A DNA stretch of 64,000 nucleotides from Heterodontus francisci (Eukaryota). Position numbers and translations under genes: made by a program. Where the stretch lies: the NCBI RefSeq assembly GCF_036365525.1, contig NC_090387.1:88391691-88455690 (forward strand), in the 5' to 3' direction. Shown here piece after piece: positions 48,720 through 61,791 of the stretch (positions within the stretch are counted from its first letter, which is position 1; each line of letters starts with the position of its first letter). The notes under the pieces were generated by a model. The model saw only the letters and a list, made by a program, of their open reading frames with translations. It was not told the origin of the DNA and searched no databases.

Positions 48720-51700
48720 GGATTTAAGCAACTTGGCATAGGTGTGGGAACAAGGAGACAATATCAGAGAGGAATACCAAGGTGCACAGAATACTGGGAG
48801 AAATAGATAGCACTGGAGTAGCAAATAATTTAGGTGGGTTCAGAGTAAGGGAGGAAGAAAGAAAGTCTAAATCAGGGTTAATGCGCATGTTTGTGAACAC
48901 ACGGAGTCTGGATCATATGATATGGCTATAGCAGAGACCTGGCTCAAAGAAGTGAAGGACTGGGTGTTGAAGATTCCTGGATACAAGGTGTTCAGTAAAG
49001 ATAGGAAAGGAAGAAAAGGAGGAGGAGTGGCAGTATTGATTAAGGAGAGCATTGCAGTGCTAGGGAGAGGGGTCAAAGACTATTTGGCTAGTGAGAGGAA
49101 CAACAAAGGTGCAATTACATTGCCCGGTGTTGTCTATAGGCCACCAACTAGTGGACAGGATGTAGAGGAATAGATTTGCAAGGAAATTACAGAGCAGTAT
49201 AAAAATATAGATTAGTTATAATGAGGGAATTTAATTATCCGAATATAAACTGGGATAGGAGTAGTACAAAGAGCAGAGAGTGGCAAGAGTTCATAGAGTG
49301 TGTTCGGGAAGATTTCCTACAGCAGTATGTTTCCAGTCTAAGGTGAAGAGAGCACTGCTGAATTTGGTTCTTGGGAATGAGGTGAGCATAGTGGATCAAA
49401 TAGGAGAGCATTTAGAGGACAGTGATCATTGCATTATAAATTTTAGGTTGACTATGGAAGAGGAAAAAGAACAATATAAAGTAAGAATATTTAGCAGGGG
49501 GAAAGCCAATTTCAATTGGGTAAGAATGGATCTGGGTCAGATAAATTAGCTTCAAAGGTTGACAAACAATGGTCGCTGAACAACCTTCAAGGAAGTGATA
49601 GTTCGGGCACTGTCAAGTTATTTTCCCTAGAAGGGGATAGGTAAGGCAAACAAATCTAGAGATTAAGATGAAGAAGAACAAATATTATTATGACAGATGC
49701 CAGGTGGATAATGCAATGGAGAACCAAGCTGAATATAGAAAGTTCAGAGGGGAAATGAAAACGCAAATTAAAAAAAGAAGCAAAGAGGGAGTGTGAAAAG
49801 CGATTGGCAGCTAACATAAAACGGAATCCCAAAGTCCTCTATAGACGTACAAATAGTAAAAAAAAGTGGTAAAAGGAGGAGTGGAGTCGATTAGGGACAA
49901 AAAGCGGATTTGCACTTGGAGGCAGGAGGAGCAGCTGAGTTGCTAAATTAATGCATTGCATCTGTATTTGCCAAGGAAGAAGATGCTACCCAGGCCACGG
50001 TGAAAGAGGAGATAATTAATACACGAGAAGGATTTAAATTAATACGGATCAGGCATTAGAATGTCTGTCTACACTTAAAGTTGATAAAGCACCAGGACCA
50101 GATGAGGTGCATCTAAGGATACTGAGCGAAGTGAGAGTGGAAATTGTGGAAGCACTGGTCATAATGTTCCAGTCTTACTTAGACTCGGGTTGTTGCCAGA
50201 GGACTGGAGAATTGTAATTGTTACACCCTTGTTCAAAAAAGGGTGTAACTATACACCTACCAACAATATGCAAAGCAGTTTAACTTCCGTGGTGGAGAAA
50301 CTTCGGGAGTAAATTAATAGGCACATGGAGAAATGCGGCTTAATTAAGGAAAGCCAATAAGGATTTGTCAAAGGGAAATAGTGTTTAACTAACTTGCTGG
50401 AGTATTTTGAAGAGGTAACAGAGCGGGTTAATGATGGCAATCCTGTTGACGTGGTGTACAAGGACTTCCAGAAGGCATTTGGTGCAGTATCGCACAAGAG
50501 ACTAGTGGGAAAAATCATAGTTCATGGACTAAAAGGGACAGTAGCAACATGGGTATGAAATTGGCTGAGTGACAGGAAACAGAGAGTAATGGTTAATGGA
50601 TGTTTTTCAGGCTGGGAGAAGGTTTGCAGTGGAGTTCCCCAGAGGTCCATGTTGTGATATTTGCTTTTTCTGATATATACTGATGACTTAGACCTTGGTG
50701 TACAGGGTACAATTTCAAAATTTGTGGATGATACCAAAGCTGGATGCATTGTGAACTATGAGGATAATATTGAACATCAAAAGGGCATAGACAAATTGAT
50801 GGAATGGACAAGACAAGTGGCAGATGAAGTACGACGTGGAGAAATGTGAAGTGATTCAATTTGCTAGGAAGAACATGGAGAGACAATATAAGATAAACGG
50901 TCCAACTCTAAATAGGATGCAGGAGAAGAGGGGCCTGGTTGTATATGTGAATATGTCATTGAAAGTAGCAGGACAAGTTTAGAGAGCATTTAATGAAGCA
51001 TGCAATATCCTAGGCTGTATTGATAGGGGAATAGTGTACAAGACATCCGATCTTTTCAAGAAGTCTGACGAGACCACGTCTGCTGACGAGGTCAAAGGCT
51101 TTGGTGAGATCAATGAAAGCAACGTAGAGGGGCATCTGTAGTTCGTGGCATTTCTCCTGTAGCTGACGAAGGGAGAACAGTATGCCAAAGCTACTAAGTA
51201 TCATCATCTCATTCCATGACAATATGAAAGGCACAATTCAGCATAGCGGCGTCCCCTCAGACTCCTTTCTGATCCTGAGTGGCGTGAAACAGGGCTGTGT
51301 TCTCGCACCCACACTGTTTGGGATCTTCTTCTCCCTGCTGCTCTCTCATGCATTCAAGTCTTCAGAAGAAGGAATTTTCCTCCACACAAGATCAGGTGGC
51401 AGGTTGTTCAACCTTGCCTGTCTAAGAGCGAAGACCAAAGTACAGAAAGTCCTCATCAGGGAACTCCTCTTTGCTGACGATGCTGCATCAACATCTCACA
51501 CTGAAGAGTGTCTGCAGAGTCTCATCGACAGGATTGCGGCTGCCTGCAACGAATTTGGCCTAACCATCAGCCTCAAGAAAACGAACATCATGGGACAGGA
51601 CATCAGAAATGCTCCACCCATCAATATCGGCGACCTCGCTCTGGAAGTGGTTCAAGAGTTCTCCTACCTGGGCTCAACTATCACCAGTAACCTGTCTCTA

Positions 51701-52890
51701 GATGCAGAAATCAACAAGTGCATGGAAAGGCTTCCACTGCTATGTCCAGACTCGCCAAGAGAGTCTGGGAAGATGGTGCACTGACATGGAACACAAAAGT
51801 CTGAGTGTATCAAGCCTGTGTCCTCAGTACCTTGCTCTATGGCAGCGAGGCCTGGACAACGTATGTCAGCCAAGAGCGACGTCTCAATTCATTCCATCTT
51901 CGCTGCCTCCGGAGAATCCTTGGCATCAGGTGGCAGGACCGTATCTCCAACACAGAAGTCCTCGAGGTGGCCAACATCCCCAGCTTATACACCCTACTGA
52001 GCCAGCGACGTTTGAGATGGCTTGGCCATGTGAGCCGCATGGAAGATGGCAGGATCCCCAAGGACACATTGTACAGCGAGCTCGTCACTGGTATCAGACC
52101 CACCGGCCGTCCATGTCTCCGCTTTAAAGACATCTGCAAACGCGACATGAAGTACTGTGACATTGATGACAAGACGTGGGAGTCAGTTGTCAGTGATCGC
52201 CAGAGCTGGCGGGCAACCATAAAGGTGGAGCTAAAGTGTGGCGAGTCGAAGAGACTTAGCAGTTGGCTGGAAAAAAGTCAGAAGCGCAAAGGGAAAGCCA
52301 ACTGCGTAACAGCCCCGACAACCAATTTTATCTGCAGCACCTGTGAAAAAGTCTGTCACTCTAGAATTGGCCTTTATAGCCACTCCAGGCGGTGCTCTTC
52401 AAACCACTGACCACCTCCAGGCACTTACCCATTGTCTCTCTAGACAAGGAGGCCAAAGAAGTGTACAGGAGCAAGGAGGTTTTGTTCAACTTGTGAAAGT
52501 CAAGAGTTCAGCCTCAGCTGGGGTATTGCATCCAGTTCTGGGTGCCCCACTTTCGGAAAGTTGTGAAAGCATTGGAGAAAGTGCAGAAAAGATTCAGGAG
52601 AATGTTCTAGCAATGAGGAACTTCAGTTATGAAGATAGATTGGAGACGTTGGGACTGTTTTCTTTGGAGAAGAAAAGGCTAAGAGATGATTTGATGGAGG
52701 CATTCAAAATCATGAGGAATCTGGACAGAGTGGATTGGGAGAAACAGTTCCCACTCGTGAAAAGATCGAGAACAAGATTTAAAGAAATTGGCAAAAGAAG
52801 CAAAAGCAACATGAGGAAAAACTTTTTCACAGAGCGACTGATTAAAGGCAGGGGAATGGCACTAGGTAATTTGTTCAGTCAGATATAAGA
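48720..52890 (+). mobile_element. CR1 LINE ORF2 (degenerate), interrupted by RTE
   Basis: AIAETWL..GGGVAVL..VVYRPP, SDHCII, KFVDDTK, LFSLEKKRLRDD. Confidence 0.85.
51044..52459 (+). mobile_element. RTE-clade LINE, 5'-truncated with 5' inversion
   Basis: 51044-51183 is inverted relative to 51184-52459; TSD agtgtaca(a/g)ga at 51033-51043 and 52460-52470; LLFADD and C-terminal C2H2 finger. Confidence 0.9.
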
Positions 52891-55799
52891 GGATATGAAC
52901 ATACGACTTAGGAGCAGGAGTAGGCCACTCGGCCCCTCGAGCCTGCTCTGTCATTCAACAAGTTCATGGTTGATCGAATTGTAACCTCAACTGCATATTC
53001 TTGCCTACCCTCGATAACTTTCAATCACTTTTAAGGAACAGAGTTCCAAAAACTCACCACCCTCTGAGAGAAAGCATTTCTCCTCATCTCTGTCTTATAT
53101 GCAGAGATCCAACCCATCATAATTCTGTGATTCTGCGACAGGGAGATCCAACCCATTGCAAGTGGGAGGAGTTTGGGATCTACAACTGCAAAGATATCTC
53201 TTCAACGAAGGCACCGTGTACAGTTTAAATGTGGTCTGGGGAGTTTCAATTGCTTTAACAAGTTAAAGGGAAATACCTTTCTCTGTAATTTAGTTGATAC
53301 TTACTGAGTACTGCTTAGTGCATGTTATTTTTTATTTTTGTTGTTGTCGTATACGTCTTAAAATGTTAAATCTTGTCGTGTACTTTAAACTGGTGTAAGG
53401 AGTTATTCAGTTATAATGTGACTCGGGAAAGTAATAGAACTTTGGAATCATCAAGGCACTGAGAAATACTCAAAAGGTGCATCGATCTTTTAATGAGACA
53501 AGCAGGTTTGAAAAAAAAACACACACAGGTACCTGCCCGAGGGATTCACATCGAAATAAATAGGGACAGCGCATTTGGATTGGGATAATAATGGCTAGGG
53601 CAAATTAATGTTAACAAATATAATCAACAAGATGGCTGTGGATAAAGCGGGGGCTGCCGAATCGTTTAAGTCCATGATTTCCTGTTTATACTGTACACTG
53701 CAAATGTCAGTACAGCGTAGAATATATATATATTTTGCATTTATCCTGATGTCGTGCTTGAGAGTTATGCCTCGAAGCCTTGATCAAAGTGCTAATAACG
53801 TAGGAGCTCTGATACAGGCCTTCTTGCTTACTTATTTCTGTTCCTAGCCTCAGCATAAACTTCCTACGAAATAACAAATGTACCTTAAAGACAGAAAGAT
53901 TTCTAACAGTTAACACAATCTAGATTTAACATTTCATTCCCCAATTCTAAGAGGAAAAATAAAACCAGCAAACTAAGTGCTAAACCACAATTCAGAAAAG
54001 TTTAATATTGTGGAATAAGAAAAGGGGGTTCGTTTGATTATATATCAACAAATAACGAAAACTCTTGGTACCCATGTAACTAAAGTCCGAAAACAGAGGT
54101 AAGAAATGATGCTGTCGACTGCTTCAAGTCTGAAACTGTTCTTCCCTTCCTTGCAGCAGAAGAGTTAGTTTGTAATAGTAAGGAACTTGTGATTATTCGT
54201 CATTCTGTAACTGCCAAAAAGCCAGCGCAAGAGTACAGAATGAATGCAATTTGCAGATGAGCTGATATTGAAAGCTTGGGATCATTTCACTCTTTCGAGC
54301 CTAGAATCTATAAACACCCTCCTCAACACACATTTTTTGAAGTAGACAACGTGGGTCATTGAGAACAGATATGATGGGTGAGCGCAACTTATGTTCACAG
54401 CTACATCAACTGAACTGTCCTTCAAAGCGAAACCATTTCATTGAAGCAGCCAAGTTCAGATATCCTGTGCAACCCCTGACTTCAACACACCCAGATCATC
54501 AACTACACTTAAGCCTTCAGTGTTTCAGTGAGCTCTGTCTCCCAAATATCTTTGGTGGCGGGCTAATTGAAATGTTCAAGACTAAGATTTTTTTTTGGTG
54601 AAAGTATATACAGCAATTGCAGGTAGATGGAGAGGAGGTACAGATCAACCATAATCGAATTCAATGGGAAATCCGATTCAAGGGCTAAATGGTCGACTCC
54701 ACTCTACATGTCTCCGTTAGTACGTGCGGAACTCTACCATCCTTGAGGATGGAATGCTTAAGCAGTTTCCGTCTCCTGCTCGTTGCTTAAGTGTGAACCG
54801 GCATTCAAAAGTGCAATATTAGGTTTCAGGCCGTTGACCTGGTGTGTTCATTGTTAAGTCGCCTAGCTCTCTCCTTCGCTGTTTAACATGCAGCCCTGCG
54901 TGCATGCACTACAAGACCGGTAACATAAAACAATGACATTTTATATAGCAAAACATCCCACGGCTTTTCACATGCGTGTAATGAAACACAACAGTACTGA
55001 TCCACCAAAGGATGTATTAGGGGTAGGAAGAGGGTGACTAAAGATTTGGGGAAAGGGATATGATTTTAGCAGGGGAGAGAGAGAGAGACAGTGGTGGCAA
55101 GGCCTAGAGTTTTAGCAAAGGGATTCTAGAGCTTAGGGCCCAGATGGCTGAAGGCACATTTGCCAATGGTCAGGCGATCTCCTCTGTTGTAGCTTCACCA
55201 AAACATCAAACTATACCTTCTATTTCTTGTGAGACACCCGCCTTCATAGGATAATACATGAACTTCTGACAAACATGCCTTTACAATTGCGGTCCTTATG
55301 ATTTACCTTAATAGATACTGGTAAGTACAAATTTAGAAGATAAGCATATTCATTTAAAACATTAAAGTTAGATAAAATCAGGCTAAGAATAGAAAGCTAT
55401 GTTGATGGCTTTACATGAGGAGGCATGAAAGAAGGGTGGTGTGGCGCATGAATACCAGCATAGACCTCTTTCTGTGTTGTAAATATTATGTAATAAACAT
55501 GACAGAGCACATCCAGTAAAATGGACTTGTCATTGATCGTGTTGTGCGCTATTATCTTACAAATTCAACTCCTTATTTCAGCAGCGAAGTTAATTGAAAA
55601 TGTCACATGCTTTCATCACAACAGTATTCGTGCATTAGAACAGCTTCCAACAGGTCGATTTACATTAATTGTAAATTTATATTGCTTTTCCCAGGATTAT
55701 TCTGTTCATTTTCACCTTAGCCTATGTCTAGCTTGGTTGTATCATTGGCTAGACATGCTGCGTCTGGCCTTCACAGATCCAGAACGTTTGCACCTTCTC

Positions 55800-57170
55800 G
55801 GTAAACTGCAGCAAAGGGTTGGGAAGTGTAGTTAATACAGAGAAAGATTGCGGAAAAATGCAGGAAAACATCAATAAAGTTGCAGAATAGGTATACAATT
55901 GGGAAATGAACTTCAACATAAGTAAGCCTGCAGTCGTTCATTTCGATATGAAGGATAAGGAGATCTTGGAAAGCAAGTACCTAATTAGGTGAAGGCATCA
56001 AGGGATCTGGGAGAACTGAGAAGCAAATTACTATAAGTAGTGACTCAGGTTAATGGGGCTATGCAAAAAAAAAAAACAGAGAACGGCCTAGAATTCATTT
56101 CTAAATAGATAGAATTACAAAAGCCGTGAAGTTACTATAAGCGTCGTTGGAACTTCGGTTAGACCAAATTTGAACTACTGTGAGCAATCTTTACTTCTAT
56201 AATTATATAAAGGACATAGAGGCACTGGAGAAATTGCATAAGCATTCTCTGTAATGATACCAGAATTGAGAAGTTATATCTATCACGTAGGATTGAATAT
56301 GTTGGGTCTCTTTTCTGTAGAAAAGAGATGACTCAAGGTGGCCTGATCGAGGTCTTTAGAATTATGAAAGAGTTTGATTGGGTAGACATGGAGAAGATGT
56401 TTCTGCTTGCGGGCGAGGTCAAAACTAAATGCAATAAATAAAGACAGTCACTTATAAATCCCGTAGGATATCAGGAGAAACTTCTTTACCTGGATCGTGG
56501 TTAGAATGGATAACATGCTATACAAGGTGTAGTTGAGGCGATTAACATGGATTCATTTAAGGGGAGCTAGATGAATACATAGGGAAGAAATGAATATAAG
56601 CATAGGTTGATGGTGTTCGATGATGAAGGGTGGGAGAAGCATCGAGTGGACACCAACATGGACCTATTTCTATGCTAGATCCTTGTAGCAGCATCCTTCA
56701 ATGCCTGTGGCGATCTTCCTTGCATCGCTGCTGTCAGTGTGGCTAATTAAATAAGTACTTTGATTCGGTGTTCACCAAATATGCTACCAGAGTGGACACG
56801 TAGAATCATAGAACGGTTGCAGTACAGAAGGAAGCATTCGGCATGTCATGCCCATGCTGGCTCTCTGCAAGAGCAATTCACCTAGTCCCACTCCCCCACC
56901 TTTTCCCCACAGCCTGACAATTTTTAGCTTTTCAGATAGTCATCCAGATCTCTTTTGAAGTCCTCGATTGAATCTGACTGTACCACACTCTCAGGCATTG
57001 CATTTCCGATCTCAACCCCTCGCTGCGTAAAAAGAAAAAAAAAAGATTTTCCTCATGTTGCTGTTGCCTCTTTCGTTAAACACCATAAATCAGTGTCTTC
57101 TGGTTCAGGATCCTTCAGCCAATGGGAACAGTTGCTCCAAATCTACTCTGTTCAGACACTTCATGATTAG
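55800..57170. mobile_element. CR1 fragments (plus 55800-56680; minus 3' end 56800-57170)
   Basis: Similarity to other CR1 3' regions in the window. Confidence 0.6.
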
Positions 57171-57285
57171 AAGAAAAATTCAAACCAAAAGACATTTACG
57201 ATAGGAAGGCAGGAGAAAATTAATAAGCTAATCAAACTTAGTGAGCAGAATATCCCCAGTTTGCATGTATTGCATCCATGCATAT

Positions 57286-60200
57286 CTCCGATCCTGCTGT
57301 CTTCACTGCCCAGAGTGTCTGCGGCCATGGCGTGCGGTAAGTCCATTCAGGTGAAGAAGGAGCAGCGGGACCCTAGAGAAGTCTTGAGAAAAGGTGCCCC
57401 GAACACCCAAAAAATCCATGAACGGCTCCCCGGCCGCAACTTCAAAGCACCCGCGGGAGATGGCTCGGAGAGCATCTGCAGCGCACTGTCGGCAATGCGG
57501 TATGCCTTTATATAAACCACATCAAAAAACCCTTAATGAATATAATCACCTTTGTAAGTCTGCCAAAAGATGCTTCACCTCCCGAAGGACGTGGATGAGC
57601 TTTCCGGACGTCGATGGTGGGCACTGAGGAAATGGCTTATTACCAGCACCCGCTTTCCCCCCCTTCCCCCCCTTCCACACCACCCCCCCCCCCACCCCCG
57701 TCCCCTTCCCTGCTCCACCCTCTCAGCTCATCCCCTCCCAAGCCCGTCCCATCCCCCCTCGCACCATCTTCCCCCCGCACCCCCTTCCCCTACACCCCCC
57801 ACCCCCTTACAGCCCCCTCCCAGCTCCCCGTCTCACCCCCCTCCCTCCACCCCTCTCCCTCGCTTCCCCTCCTCCCACCGGCATCTTCCTACACCTGTGT
57901 AGGGGTCCTAACAACCCCACTGCCTTGTGGGCGTCTCGGGAGAGAGCAAGGCTAAGGGAGTAAACCCTAACAGATAATCCAGAGCGGAACCCCGTAGGCC
58001 GTCATGTGTCACCTTTGGCATGTTTCCGGCACTTCCTGCAGCCATACCGGTGCCAATCGTCGTGCTCTGCACTCCTTTGGACCCCACCAGAAAGGCCGAG
58101 AGGGGGGTTTTGATGACTGGGCAACTCTCAACCTCCATAAATTCGCTCAGGCATGCGCCATGGAGAGGTCACTCCATAGTTGCCTCACAGCAACTGAAAC
58201 AACACGGAAGGCAGCAGTTATGGGTTATAAGTCCAGATAAATTGGCATAGAAATGGGCGCCACGGGTTGCCTTTGTTGGTGGAAGAGGTCATCGCACCTC
58301 ATTGGACATCTACTGCCCTCCTCAAACCGGGCAGCCCCCGGTCAGTAGGGTTCTGTCCTGCCACAGTCCACGTGCTTCAATGGGTGCTTGGTGCTCAGGG
58401 TCATTGCCCGAAAGGTGGACTGATACACCGCACCAAACAACACAAAAAAAGGAAAGAAGGTCCCAGCCCTTCGCTTTGCAAGCTGGAACGTCAGAACTAT
58501 GTGTGCTGGCTTGTCGGAAGACCTTACACAAATCAACGATTCTCGGAAGACCGCCATCATTAACAACGAGCTCAGTAGACTCAATGTTGACATTGCAGCC
58601 CTTCAGGAAACTCGCCTCCCCGCGAGTGGCTCTCTAGCAGAGCAAGACTACACCTTCTTCTGGCAGGGCAGGGATCCTGAAGAACCAAGACAGCATGGAG
58701 TGGGCTTCGCCATCAGAAACTCCTTGCTCAGCATGATAGAGCCTCCCTCAAATGGCTCGGAACACATACTGTCCATCCGACTGCTCACCACCTCTGGTCC
58801 AGTACACCTACTCAGCATCTATGCTCCAACACTCTGCTCCCCACCTGAAGCTAAAGATCAGTTCTAAGAGGAACTCCATAACATCATTAGCAGCATCCCC
58901 AACACCGAGCACCTATTCCTGCTGGAGGACTTTAATGCCAGGGTTGGGGCCGACCATGACTCATGGCCCTCCTGCCTTGGGCGCTATGGTGTTGGAAGGA
59001 TGAATGAGAACGGGCAGAGACTGCTTGAGTTGTGTACCTATCATAACCTCTGCATCACCAACTCGTTCTTTCACACTAAACCCTGTCATCAGGTTTCATG
59101 GAGGCACCCAAGATCACGTCGTTGGCACCAGCTGGACCTCATTGTTACAAGGCGAGCCACCTTAAACAGTGTTCAAATCACACACAACTTCCACCGTGCA
59201 GACTGCGACACCGACCACTCCCTGGTGTGCAGCAAGGTTAGACTCAGACCAAAGAAGTTGCATCATTCCAAGCAGAAGGGCCACCCGCGCATTAACACGA
59301 GCAGAATTTCTCACCCACAGCTGTTACAAAAATTTCTAAATTCACTTGTAACAGCCCTTCAGAACACTCCCACAGGGGATGCTGAGACCAAGTGGGCCCA
59401 CATCAGAGACGCCATCTATGAGTCAGCTTTGACCACCTACGGCAAAAGTGCGAAGAGAAATGCAGACTGGTTTCAATCTCATAATGAAGAGCTGGAACCT
59501 GTCATAGCCGCTAAGCGCATTGCACTGTTGAACTACAAGAAAGCCCCCAGCGATTTAACATCCGCAGCACTTAAAGCAGCCAGAAGCACTGCACAAAGAA
59601 CAGCGAGGCGCTGCGCAAATGACTACTGGCAACACCTGTGCAGTCATATTCAGCTGGCCTCAGACACCAGAAACATCAGAGGAATGTATGATGGCATTAA
59701 GAGAGCTCTTGGGAAAACCATCAAGAAGATCGCCCCCCTCAAATCTAAATCAGGGGACATAATCACTGACCAACGCAAACAAATGGACCGCTGGTTTGAG
59801 CACTACCTAGAACTGTACTCCAGGGAGAATGTTGTCACTGAGACTGCCCTCAATGCAGCCCAGCCTCTACCAGTCATGAATGAGCTGGACATACAGCCAA
59901 CCAAATCGGAACTCAGTGATGCCATTGATTCTCTAGCCTGCAGAAAAGCCCCTGGGAAGGACAGCATTACCCCTGCAATAATCAAGCGTGCCAAGCCTGC
60001 TATACTCTCAGCACTACATGAACTGCTATGCCTGTGCTGGGACAAGGGAGCAGTACCCCAGGACATGCGCGATGCCAATATCATCACCCTCTATAAAAGC
60101 AAAGGTGACCGCGGTGACTGCAACAACTACCGTGGAATCTCCCTGCTCAGCATAGTGGGGAAAGTCTTTGCTCGAGTCACTCTAAACAGGCTCCAGATGC

Positions 60201-61688
60201 TTTCCGAGCGCATCTACCCTGAGGCACAGTGTGGCTTTCGTGCAGAGAGATCGACCGTTGACATGCTGTCCTCCCTTCGTCAGATACAGGAGAAATGCTT
60301 TGAACAACAGATGCCCCTCTACATTGCTTTCATTGATCTCACCAAAGCCTTTGACCTCGTCAGCAGATGTGGTCTCTTCAGACTAGTAGAAAAGATTGGA
60401 TGCCCACCAAAGCTACTAAGTATCATCACCTCATTCCATGACAATATGAAAGGCACAATTCAACATGGTGGCTCCTCATCAGCCCCCTTTCCTATCCTGA
60501 GTGGCGTGAAACAGGGCTGTGCTCTCGCACCCACACTTTTTGGGATTTTCTTCTCCCTGCTGCTTTCACATGCGTTTAAGTCCTCTGAAGAAGGAATTTT
60601 CCTTCACACAAGATCAGGGGGCAGGTTGTTCAACCTTGCCCATCTAAGAGCGAAGTCCAAAGTATGGAAAGTCCTCATCAGGGAACTCCTCTTTGCTGAC
60701 GATGCTGCTTTAACATCTCACACTGAAGAGTGCCTGCAGAGTCTCATCGACAGGTTTGCGGCTGCCTGCAATGAATTTGGCCTAACTATCAGTCTCAAGA
60801 AAATGAACATCATTGGGCAGGATGTCAGAAATGCTCCATTCATCAATATTGGCGACCATGCGCTGGAAGTGTTTCAAGAGTTCACATACCTAGGCTCCAC
60901 TATCACCAGTAACCTGTCTCTAGATGCAGAAATCAACAAGCGCATGGGAAAGGCTTCCATAGCTATGTCCAGACTCGCCAAGAGAGTGTGGGAAAATGGC
61001 GCACTGACACGGAACACAAAAGTCCGAGTGTATCAGGCCTGTGTCCTCAGTACCTTGCTCTATGGCAGAGAGGCCTGGACAACGTATGTCAGCCAAGAGC
61101 GATGTCTCAATTCATTCCATTTTCGCTGCCTCCGGAGAATACTTGGCACCAGGTGGCAGGACCGTATCTCCAACACAGAAGTCCTCGAGGCGGCCAACAT
61201 CCCCAGCTTATACACACTACTGAGTCAGTGGCGCTTGAGATGGCTTGGCCATGTGAGCCACATGGAAGATGGCAGGATCCGCAAGGACACATTGTACAGT
61301 GAGCTCGCTACTGGTATCAGACCCACCGGCCATCCATGGCTCTGCTTTGAAGACGTCTGCAAACGCGACATGAAATCCTGCGACATTGATGACAAGTCGT
61401 GGGAGTCATTTGCCAGCATTCGCCAGAGCTGCCGGGCAGCCATAAAGGCGGGGCTAAAGTGTGGCATGTCGAAGAGACTTGGTAGTTGGCAGGAAAAAAG
61501 ACAGAGGCGCAAGGGGACAGCCAACTGTGTAACAGCCCTGACAAACAAATTTCTCTGCAGCACCTGTGGAAGAGCCTGTCACTCTAGAATTGGCCTTTAT
61601 AGCCACACCAGGCGCTGCTTCACAAACCACTGACCAGCTCCAGGCGCTTATCCATTGTCTCTCGAGATAAGCAGGCCAAAGAAAGAAA
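57286..61688 (+). mobile_element. Full-length RTE-clade (BovB-like) LINE, 4.4 kb, 13-bp TSD
   Basis: TSD catcc(a/g)tgcatat at 57273-57285 and 61689-61701 inside a CR1; long 5' UTR with C-rich tract; GAA-type tail. Confidence 0.92.
58499..61633 (+). pseudogene. RTE APE endonuclease-RT-C2H2 ORF with one in-frame stop
   Basis: ORFs 58499-58867 and 59000-61633 share a frame and the gap is open except TAA 58865-58867; DIAALQET, YAPT, DFNA, DTDH, NYRGISL, GVKQG, LFADD. Confidence 0.92.
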
Positions 61689-61791
61689 CATCCGTGCATA
61701 TTAAAAGACGTTAGAGAAGAGATAGATGAATACGAATATTTATTGCTAAGAAAGTGAATACGGCCAGAGGAATGGCAGACAGATAGTTTAA

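Noticed and set aside
53832-53883. Minus-strand exon-like segment with good AG/GT
   Set aside because: No recognisable coding content and no link to the gene; could be non-coding but unsupported
55521-55835. Plus ORF with signal-peptide-like N-terminus
   Set aside because: No convincing donor or downstream exons; surrounded by repeats
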